From contig CAZMHW010000003.1 in NCBI GenBank assembly GCA_964566105.1, positions 1-35,712 on the forward strand: 35,712 bases of DNA, read 5' to 3'. Source of the DNA: an uncultured Akkermansia sp. Lineage in GTDB: Bacteria > Bacteroidota > Bacteroidia > B-17B0 > Aurantibacillaceae. A program made the position numbers and the translations under genes. The notes beneath the pieces were generated by a model. That model ran no database searches. It had not been told where the DNA came from and saw only the letters and a list, made by a program, of their open reading frames with translations. Below, piece by piece: positions 9,901-18,000 of the stretch (the stretch's first letter is position 1; every line of letters begins with the position of its first letter).

Positions 9901-11311
9901 TCGGCTGTGTCCAGACATTTCCATTGAATGTTGAATTAATGGCGCTGATTTTATTATTTAACACAGGGCTCGCAATCGAGGCATAATTCACAAAAAAATT
10001 ACCGGCATCGTCGATCGCATGGGATACAATATCCTGACTTCCCGTAGCAACTGTAGGATTAAAGTTTGCCATACTAAGAGTTCCGGTGGTTTGATCAATA
10101 ATTCCAGCGGAAACATTAGACGGAACGCAACCTCCAAAGGCAATCACTTCATTGGTAGAACAACGAAATCCCATATCCCACACTTCCGTAAACTGCGTGT
10201 TGACAACCGTAATAAAGTTGTCATAATTTCCAGAGGCATCTAACCGGATTACCTGATTATTTGTTGTATTAATACCCTGTGCCACGTATGTTTTTCCGGT
10301 TGCTTTGTCTACCAAAAAATTACCTTCATAATTTCCACTTGGATTTGTAGACCAGAAAGGAACAACCAGTGTCCCTGAAAAAACCCATTGCAAAACTCCG
10401 GTGGAGCTATACCTTGCTACTTTATAACCCGGAGAACCCCCGAATATGTAGGCGTTTCCGTTAAAATCATAATCAACATCGAAAGCCTGATTATTGCTCC
10501 ATACTGTACTTGTCAGACTTGACACTGCCACCACATACGGATCAATCATAAGTGCCTTAGTGGAATCATAACCATCGGGGAAACGAAACCCGATAATTTT
10601 ATGCTGAACTTCTAATTCCGATTTCACCGGCTCACCGCCATCTATAAGAAAACTTCGAGGTGCATATTCGATGATCTCGTCATTAGTGGTCTTTATTTTA
10701 ACAGAACCTTTTTTATCTTTTCTGACACTTACCACATCGCCCTTATAGTTGATTTTTATATCCCGGGGAGAAGCGCCGGGATGTAATAGTAGAGTGTATT
10801 TAATACCACAAGTCTTGTTTTCCGGAAGACTGTATTCGACATCAATATTTGGGTAAATGTTTTTATAGAGTAATTTTTTAAAAGTAGTTGAATTATATTC
10901 AGCTGCCCCATAGGTATAGTAATAGCTTTGTTTTTCCTTTTTTTCAATAGATACTTGCCTGTTCATGTGCTCCCACTCCATCTGCACATAAGATGTGAGA
11001 TCTGACTTAACACCCGTTTTTTCACCCCTTTCTTCTGCCTCCCTTTGTTCTTCAGTCAGGGACTCTTTTTTTTGTACTTTGTAAACTAAACCCTTATCTG
11101 TAAAATAAATTTTCTCAGTACCATTGTCAAGAACCGCTAAGATCTTATTTTTACCAGGAAGGTCGTTGTCAAATTGTCCCTTATTTTCAATAAATACCCG
11201 ACTCCCAAAAACATCTCCCGACACTAAAAAATTGTTATGACGTATTTCATTTTGTGACACCAATGAAAACAGATTCAGAAAACAGAAGAGGACAAATACT
11301 TTAATTTTCAT
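6926..11311 (-). CDS. Large surface protein with beta-propeller-like region, Ig-like/PKD repeats and gliding-motility-associated (T9SS type B) C-terminal domain
   Basis: Signal peptide, FIENKGQ N-terminal module, repeated YxWxGP..F.S..QNP Ig units, PKD (FKDASTG..WDWYF..PGTYLVTL), CTD FYVPNAFSPNNDGKNDVF...IYDRWG...GIYIW. Confidence 0.9.
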   Translation of the reverse strand: MKIKVFVLFCFLNLFSLVSQNEIRHNNFLVSGDVFGSRVFIENKGQFDNDLPGKNKILAVLDNGTEKIYFTDKGLVYKVQKKESLTEEQREAEERGEKTGVKSDLTSYVQMEWEHMNRQVSIEKKEKQSYYYTYGAAEYNSTTFKKLLYKNIYPNIDVEYSLPENKTCGIKYTLLLHPGASPRDIKINYKGDVVSVRKDKKGSVKIKTTNDEIIEYAPRSFLIDGGEPVKSELEVQHKIIGFRFPDGYDSTKALMIDPYVVAVSSLTSTVWSNNQAFDVDYDFNGNAYIFGGSPGYKVARYSSTGVLQWVFSGTLVVPFWSTNPSGNYEGNFLVDKATGKTYVAQGINTTNNQVIRLDASGNYDNFITVVNTQFTEVWDMGFRCSTNEVIAFGGCVPSNVSAGIIDQTTGTLSMANFNPTVATGSQDIVSHAIDDAGNFFVNYASIASPVLNNKISAINSTFNGNVWTQPSTFTTLVEAGNKANYVSYAGNGSNGFNSLAVNANYLFYYDGLNLAAYNKTTGTLTASTTVPGQFVKHQGGIAVDDCDNLYLGGNGFILTYRFTGTVFNQLTSIPLNTGIANPYAFDLKMDKVNKLIYVCGNSFVGTFSAVNSLTCTVASTPCVANIGVQNYSVCKGAGVNILVPNSGGLINPTYSILPGAITNTTGIFPVTPTITSSYTLFVTGTNIYNTVQTSSAVSTVTVYSNPILSPTVTQASCNNTSNAFNLGLSFDMSGSAPAYSVNWQPSIPPGINNATQTVANGGIVPGTYTATIVSAGNCSASALIVINPVPPVLTFSILNQSGTSTISCITPSVVLTTTTSYTPGVLSYSWSAGTFSSSAQSITVTSPGGLYTVQLKDVINNCVSIQTVVIGSNINLTVTALNSSPACKGGTVQLSAVSASASLIWSGPSGFTSNLPNPTLNTIGLSSGGIYTVTARYGVCTAQATTAVFVANYFPVTVTGMHTVCVGQALSFTASPSISYLWSGPNNFNSTIQNPLIQNASVSASGIYNLYANSLGTYSVPSLPSGTMICPSSFTTQAIVNPIPVIATSNVSACVNQSFQLNAYGGSSYIWTGPANFSSIIQNPLFPVAQTSLAGIYTVNVSNGINCSAQSYATVYVNEAPDKPLIVSNSPLCLKTDLVLSVSPHPGVRYDWSGPDYYTGSGSSATLTVGSLSKAGTYYVTVTNTSNCSATAQVDVIVFDLPGVNVYADSRGCGVLCTTFSLQTQTSNTLEAWYFNGVKETNLSRNLNKCFERPGSYDIGVKVKDMNGCFNTAQKKIDVFPKPIADFSFSPERPVSGTDELVMFKDASTGEAITHWDWYFWSRGQPNATDKNPSFIYPKPGTYLVTLVVKNQFECSDSVSKPLVVMEEFNFYVPNAFSPNNDGKNDVFMPKGANISSYELSIYDRWGHKVFHSTDIERGWEGKTGDGLDDFYPQGIYIWKINVTGLNKETKELNGHVLLIH

Positions 11312-11632
11312 AAATAGTACACCACAATAGATTTTTCTTTAAATTTTGTCAGAATGGAAATACTCCCGTTTTATAATCGAAGAATTAATTCTCAAGCTAA
11401 CTTTCAAACAAATAAGATTTTAATTCAGGATAAACACCATGTGATTAAGCCACATTAGACGCTGAATAGTAAGATACCAGAATTAACATCTTAAAAGTTC
11501 CCAGTGTCTTTTCCAGCGGCCCATGACAGAGCGCCAGTCGTTTGAGTTATCCTGAAAAGTCCTTCAGTTGTGGAGATTGTTACGAATTTAAAGATGGATC
11601 AGGCAACGGAATTACCTTTAGACAGTTATTCT

Positions 11633-11656
11633 GTACTACCTGTAATCAGGTAGTAC
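11633..11656. promoter_or_regulatory. Perfect 10-bp inverted repeat, candidate operator
   Basis: GTACTACCTG-TAAT-CAGGTAGTAC; core TACCT-N6-AGGTA has the same spacing as the boxes at 2045 and 2828. Confidence 0.5.
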
Positions 11657-11982
11657 TCTAAGTATGCTTCAGTCTACCGGAGTAGCAAATTACAGTTCAT
11701 TAAATGGAATTGAATCAAAGGCCTAGTTGTAGCTTAATAAAAGATCAGGGAACAACAAAAATACCATGCAGAACAAAGTTCCGAATTGCAACTTAACGCA
11801 ATTCAAATTTTATCTAGAAAAGAGATTCATGATTTTTCTTAATAGTATTTCACCACAACATTCTTTTCCTTTCAAATTTATGTGGTCTATACCCAGCAAA
11901 ATTGTCCTTTGAAACATTTCAGAACAGTGCTAAAAATTTACAAATACAGTTTTCAGGAGTTATTGGAGGCTAAGAAATACGC

Positions 11983-11990
11983 TACTTTTG
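11983..11990 (+). promoter_or_regulatory. Bacteroidota sigma70 -7 element
   Basis: TACTTTTG matches TAnnTTTG, 31 nt before ATG 12022. Confidence 0.65.
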
Positions 11991-12021
11991 CCCCCCTATT
12001 CATACTTTAATCTTATTAAAC

Positions 12022-12597
12022 ATGTATAAACTAAAAGTTATTTCTTCAACTGTACGGCCTGGCCGCAAGGGGCCCATCATCGCAGACTGGATATCGGAGT
12101 TTGCAAAACAACACGGTCAATTCGATGTGGAATTATTAGACCTCGGCGAAATCAAACTTCCTCTGATGGACGAAGCTGCACATCCCCGTTTAAAAAAATA
12201 CGAACACCCGCATACGAAGAAATGGAGCGCAAAAATAGAAGAAGCAGATGCTTTTATTTTTGTAACTGCCGAGTACGATTACAATTACCCAGCCCCCTTA
12301 CGCAACGCGCTTGAGTACCTGGCGCAGGAATGGGCCTACAAGGCCGCAGGTATTGTAAGTTACGGCGGCATTTCTGCAGGAACACGGGCCGCAAACAGTC
12401 TCAAAGCAGATCTTTCAACCCTGACAATGGTTCCCATGCCGGTATCGGTAAACCTTCCCCTCTTTACACAATATATTAATACAGATGGTGTATTTGTTGC
12501 CGCGGAAGAAACCAATAAAGCTGCAACGGCTATGTTGAACGAATTAGTCCGCTGGACAAAGGGCCTCAAACTTATAAAAGAAAATAAGTGGGAATAA
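12022..12597 (+). CDS. NADPH-dependent FMN reductase (FMN_red family)
   Basis: SSTVRPGRKG FMN-binding loop, ADAFIFVTAEYDYNYPAPLRNALEYL, VSYGGISAGTRA. Confidence 0.92.
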   Translation: MYKLKVISSTVRPGRKGPIIADWISEFAKQHGQFDVELLDLGEIKLPLMDEAAHPRLKKYEHPHTKKWSAKIEEADAFIFVTAEYDYNYPAPLRNALEYLAQEWAYKAAGIVSYGGISAGTRAANSLKADLSTLTMVPMPVSVNLPLFTQYINTDGVFVAAEETNKAATAMLNELVRWTKGLKLIKENKWE

Positions 12598-12620
12598 AAT
12601 AGAACTACTTACAGATTTAT

Positions 12621-12848
12621 TTACTTCTCCGTCAAACGGATTATATTCACCGGGCAATTATCCGCCGCTTTCTTATTCTGTTCAAACTCTTCCATAGGAA
12701 CCATCACAGAATAAATGCCGGATTTTTCTTTGGAACCTATCAGCACGGATTTTCCATCCTGACGTGAAATACGCCAACGGGAGCGTAATGCCTCTACACA
12801 GGCATTGCACCCAATGCATTTGTTGCGGTAAAAAATAATACGGATCAT
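12621..12848 (-). CDS. Small ferredoxin
   Basis: CIGCNAC...CPV cluster motif; 4-nt overlap with the upstream U32 gene. Confidence 0.88.
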   Translation of the reverse strand: MIRIIFYRNKCIGCNACVEALRSRWRISRQDGKSVLIGSKEKSGIYSVMVPMEEFEQNKKAADNCPVNIIRLTEK

Positions 12849-14110
12849 TCTACCGGTAACAGTTTATACAATTTATCAGAAGGACGGATCTTTTGTTCGA
12901 ATGGCATGGTAAACACTTCGCCCTTCTTTACGGAAGTCACTTCTTTATTATCTACCCTTAAACTTTTTACTTCGGTGTGAACAACCCCGGTAGTTGGTCC
13001 GCTGAGTAAAACAACGGTACCGACACTCAGATCCCCGCTCTCGAGTTTAAACTCACCTATATTTTTATCGCTGTAATATTTTAAAGCCTTGGCAGAATAT
13101 ACTTTTTTCTCTGTGGCTTTTGATCCGGCTTCGTCCGTCCACTCCCCTATTTCTTTACCCAGGTAATACCCTTCCCAAAAACCACGGTTAAACACACGGG
13201 CCAGTTCCTTTTTCCATTCAGCAATTTTTTCGGCTGTGTAGGTTTCGTTATAATACGCATCTACCGCTTCCCGGTAACATTTAGTAGTAATATACACGTA
13301 ATCGGCCGAACGTCCTCTTCCTTCTATTTTAAGAATATTAATTCCGGCGCCAATAAGTTTATCTAAAAAATCAATTGTACATAAATCCTTGGAGGACATG
13401 ATGTACTCATTATTAATCTCCAACTCCACTCCCTCTTCCTGATCAATCACCGTGTATTTCTTTCTGCAGTTTTGAATGCAGGCCCCTCGGTTGGCCGATG
13501 AATTATGAGAATGCAGACTTAAATAACATTTCCCTGAAACAGCCATGCACAACGCGCCATGCGCAAAAACTTCCACCTTAACCAGGTTTCCCGAAGGACC
13601 GGTGATCTTGTGTCGTTTAATTTGTCTCGCAATATCGGTTACCTGCAATAAACTCAACTCCCTGGCAAGAACGACCGTATCGGCATAACTGGCGTAAAAT
13701 TCCACACTTTGAACATTGCTGATATTGGCTTGCGTGGAAATATGCAAAGGCATCTCCACTTTTTTACAATAGGCCAGTACCGCGTGATCACTTGCAATGA
13801 CAGCATCAATACCAGCCTCTTTTGCTGAGTTGACGATACGTTTCATCAAACTCACATCGTGATCGTAAATAACCGTATTGAGGGTGAGGTACGTTTTTAC
13901 CTTATGCTCTTTGCAGATCTCACTGATTGTGTCGAGATCTTTGAGAATAAAATTATTAATGGACTTGGCACGCATGTTGAGTTGCTCAATGCCAAAATAA
14001 ACGGAGTTGGCTCCGGCCTGTATGGCAGCTCTTAAAGATTCAAAGGAACCCGCCGGTGCCATGACTTCCACTTTTTCTTTTTTGGAAGAAGTGCTGTGTT
14101 TTATGTTCAT
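12845..14110 (-). CDS. Peptidase U32 family protein (TrhP/YegQ-like Fe-S hydroxylase)
   Basis: EVMAPAGS, HISTQANISN, VVLARELS, HGALCMAVSGKCYLS, NRGACIQNCR, LKIEGRGR. Confidence 0.92.
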   Translation of the reverse strand: MNIKHSTSSKKEKVEVMAPAGSFESLRAAIQAGANSVYFGIEQLNMRAKSINNFILKDLDTISEICKEHKVKTYLTLNTVIYDHDVSLMKRIVNSAKEAGIDAVIASDHAVLAYCKKVEMPLHISTQANISNVQSVEFYASYADTVVLARELSLLQVTDIARQIKRHKITGPSGNLVKVEVFAHGALCMAVSGKCYLSLHSHNSSANRGACIQNCRKKYTVIDQEEGVELEINNEYIMSSKDLCTIDFLDKLIGAGINILKIEGRGRSADYVYITTKCYREAVDAYYNETYTAEKIAEWKKELARVFNRGFWEGYYLGKEIGEWTDEAGSKATEKKVYSAKALKYYSDKNIGEFKLESGDLSVGTVVLLSGPTTGVVHTEVKSLRVDNKEVTSVKKGEVFTMPFEQKIRPSDKLYKLLPVE

Positions 14111-14217
14111 GCCTTTATACTGTTCTTTTCGGGCATAAAAGTAGAGCTAAATGACGGTTGACGGGCTGACAAAAGTCAGGATTATGGACGGAAATCCCCA
14201 TGATTCCGCGACGCTTC

Positions 14218-14292
14218 AACACAGAGCAAAGAGGGACAGAGGACGCAGAGCTATCTAAACACAGAGCGCACTGAAGACACATCGGCACGGAG
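14218..14292 (+). repeat. Degenerate short tandem CACAGAG-type repeats in two blocks
   Basis: AACACAGAG CAAAGAG GGACAGAG GACGCAGAG ... AACACAGAG CGCACTGAA GACACATCG GCACGGAG. Confidence 0.5.
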
Positions 14293-14401
14293 GTTTCTGT
14301 TCAGATATTTCAACAAAGAGATCAAGATGGAAAGGGGTTTCTGAGTTTTCTTAGCCTTGAAACTCTTACACTTCTCTTTAACCGTTTTGGAAAATGAAAA
14401 A

Positions 14402-14647
14402 CTAACTAAAAATTTTATAGGTACTCAAAAAATAGTCCAGTTCTTCGGAGATCTTTTTATCACTCAGTTCTTTGTGCAGGGGCAAAAACTCACAGACTAC
14501 CTGAAAATCTTCGTCCTGAATATTACTTGGTCTGGCTTCTACCAGTTCTATTTTACATTTTCGCTTGGAGCCCTTGTGTTCCGCAATTTTACCCACCAAA
14601 TCCTTGGCCAGTGCCCTGGCCTTTAATTCCGCATCCGTTTTTTTCAT
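14402..14647 (-). CDS. Small hypothetical protein, divergent from the RHS operon
   Basis: 81 aa, ATG start, protein-like charged composition, TATCTTTA (-7-like) just upstream on the minus strand. Confidence 0.55.
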   Translation of the reverse strand: MKKTDAELKARALAKDLVGKIAEHKGSKRKCKIELVEARPSNIQDEDFQVVCEFLPLHKELSDKKISEELDYFLSTYKIFS

Positions 14648-14764
14648 ATTCAGTACAAACTTTAGCGTAAAGATAGAACTAAGAAAGTCGGTTGATTGCT
14701 ATTTATTGTAGCATTACTAATTTCTTAAATTACTGAGCAGGATAAAAACATTTTCATTCCGCCG

Positions 14765-14850
14765 CCATGGATTTACATGGTAAACAGTCTATGTATTTAC
14801 GTAAAAATGAAACTATGTAATCACATAGAAATGATTAGGTGAACACATAG
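14765..14850. promoter_or_regulatory. Four tandem palindromic boxes, consensus CTATGT-N4-ACATAG
   Basis: CCATGG-ATTT-ACATGG (14765), CTATGT-ATTT-ACGTAA (14789), CTATGT-AATC-ACATAG (14813, perfect), TTAGGT-GAAC-ACATAG (14835); periods 24, 24, 22 nt. Confidence 0.7.
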
Positions 14851-15031
14851 AAATAACTGCGCGTCTAGAAACTAAAACATTCCTAATCAACAATTTGTCC
14901 AAGTAAAGATACAAGCGTTGCTGGAGACGCACGTTTTAAAGGCTCGATAATAGATGTTTTAGATTTAATATTGCAAACAATTCCTTCAATAACTGGATTC
15001 CTTTTCACTTAAAATTCACATTCTTGCGAAC

Positions 15032-18000
15032 ATGAGAACAAAATCAACAATTTTAATAATTATCCTTTTACAGACTTTTCTGAAAGCTCAACAAGTCAAT
15101 CAGTTTACCGGAGCATTTAATTACAATGTACCTATTTTGAATTTACCCTCCGAAAGGGGACCTGGTATTAACATTGACGCTTCTTATAATTCTGGCATTC
15201 AAATGAATCAACCGGCCAGTCAGATTGGTTTAGGTTGGAGCTTAAACGCAGGAGGCGCTATTTACCGGCAAGTATCAGGATTTCCAGACGATATGCTTGA
15301 TTATGAATACATGGATATGATCAACAACAAGCAGATAAAAGGTCAGGGAGCAATGTATCTCACAACTTCAGGGTTGTCAGGTGCTATCGATTACGATTTT
15401 GTAAAAACGCAAAAAGGTCCTGCCATGGATACCGCTGAATTCACAACACCGGCTTTTGATATTTTTAATGTGAATGGTCCTGCTTTTGGCGGAAAAATGA
15501 AACTTTCTTATTTAAAATTCTATAGCTACCATTCACAAAATATGGGTACAAATTCTGTTCCTGAGTACAAAATGGTCCCCAACACCCAAAACTTAACCGC
15601 AAATAGCTTCCCCGGTTCTGGTTACTTCCGTAAACCTCAGTTTCACTTTACCGGTGATTTCGCTGACACTCTTGTTTCAAGACACTATTCAACAACGGTT
15701 AATAGTAGTACTCCATTTAGAATACCTTCTGACTTAGTCAGCCAGTTAGGTTATCCTGGAGGAAGCAGTGAGCCTTTTATAGGTAAACATTTAAATGGCA
15801 CTGCGGTGTCTAATCAAAATTACGATTTAAGTACAGGTAGGTTGGCTTCATCGAATTTTGTTGAATATTTCACAAACCAGGATATTAACTCAGCGAATAA
15901 TTCTGGTTTTGCGAGCGGGCCATTAACAACATTTATAGATTTTAGTAGTTCGCACGCAAGATCTTCCTCCAACTTTCCAGATGATGGCATTGGCTACTTT
16001 AGAATTACAGCTTCCAACGGTTTAACATATCACTATGCCCTTCCTGTTTACGAATCTCAGAGTTGTTCATTCAGCGCTCCTTTAAATTACAATTACTCCC
16101 TACCAACTTGTTTATCAGGAAGTCTTAATCCTTACGGAACGAATAATTCCTCACAAGGGTTACCCATAACCGGATCAAACATCTGGATCAAATACACCAA
16201 CGCTAATCGCTATGCTGTAAAATGGTTATTAACAGCCGTAACCGGTAGGGATTTTGTAGATATTAATAATAATCACATGGTCGACGATGGAGATGATGGC
16301 TACTGGATAAGCTATGATTATCAGCTATGGAATTCAAATCAAATACAAAGAAGTCCCTATTATGGCTATGATCATCAGTATTCTCCAGATGAAGCAACGG
16401 AACACTACCCTATTTATTACCCAATAGAACCATTATCAACAGGGGCACCTTACAAACTTTCAGGAGTGTATGGCACAGCCAGCATCTCTAAGACAGAAGA
16501 ATATTATTTAAAAAAAATAAGAAGTTCGAGTCACACAGCCATTTTTGTAATGGATTCAAGAAAAGATGAAAAAGGTGGTGATGTCGCAGACATTTCCGTA
16601 TCAACGTTTAAACCCGCACCTAGTCTTTTAATAAAGAGAATCATTCTTTTTAAAAACGAACAAATGGATTCTATAATTGGTGTAAACCCACCCAGCTTTT
16701 CTCAATCCAATTATTCAAACAACTCCCTATTCGATTTTTCACAGAATATAAATACAAGTTCAACATTTTTTACAGAAGCATGGTATCAACTTTACTCAAA
16801 TAACTGGAAATACTGCATTTTAAAAAACGTAGAATTTGATCAGGACTATTCCCTCTGTCCGAAATATCACGGTAATATAGAAGTGAAATGCAATGGAGCT
16901 GATCCTCTTACTAGTCCCAGCTCCGTGCAAGCAGCACTCTCGGTGGGGAACTACAGTTCAAGTGGTAAACTAACCTTAAAAAGAATTCTTACCTATGATT
17001 TTCAGAACATTAAATTAACTCCAAGCACTATATTTGACTACCAGAGCAATTTAACTAATGGGAATCCGGATTTTAACCCTATCAAAACAGATAACTGGGG
17101 CTACTTTAAATCTGATGCCAGCAACAATGGTTATAGTCGTTATACTACAGCAACTTCAAAAGATTACACAAAGGCCTGGAGTTTAAACAAAATTACCGAC
17201 CCATTAGGTGGTATAACCGAGGTGGAATACGAATCCAACTCATATAAGAAAGTAATTGATATTGAAAAGGGTACAAGAGGCCCGGTATTTATATACAGAA
17301 TTCAAGACGTAGACACTTTGCATAGCTATTTTGCCATCACCATGGAGGAAGGATCTAATGCCAGCTATCCGATGTCGGAGTTTCAGGCATTAAGCACAAA
17401 TACGTTAACCGGAATAAAAAGAAGCATTTGTATGCCTTTCGTCGCGGCCATCAATCCATCAACACCATCTGGGACGATTATACCATACACAGGTTTTGCC
17501 ATGGGTGACTGCACATTTACCGTGAACACCACTAATTCAGGCTATCCAACAAATCACGTAATGGGAAATATAACAAGTTCCAATAACGCTGTATATAATT
17601 CCACCAATTCAAGAATGTTCTCCTCAACGAATATTGATAACTACCTTTTACCTACAATACACTCAAGTCCTTATGGCTCTTATTACTACGATATGGCTTA
17701 CTCTGGAAACGGCTTCTTAATGATAGAAACACCCATCGGATTCGAAGCATTTGGAGGAGGCGTCCGTGTAAAAAACATAAAAACCCAAAACTCAACTAAC
17801 GAAATCTATGTGGAACAATACAGTTACGAAAACGGCGTAGCTGGCAACGAAATGGATCGCTTTGATTTTCAGGTTCAAAAAACTGGATGCGCGGGAAGTT
17901 TGAACCGCTACGATTTTATTAAACCCAAAAGCTACACTCTTTTTGACATGCTCCCAACCATTGGATACACTAAGGTAACCGTAAAGGATTTAGGACGCAT

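Noticed and set aside
11480-11590. Riboswitch in the leader of the T9SS cargo gene
   Set aside because: I could not match cobalamin, TPP, SAM, FMN or cyclic-dinucleotide consensus by eye; needs an Rfam scan
14765-14850. CRISPR array or mini-array (also 31583-31625)
   Set aside because: Periods of 22-24 nt leave no room for spacers, units are degenerate and there are no cas genes
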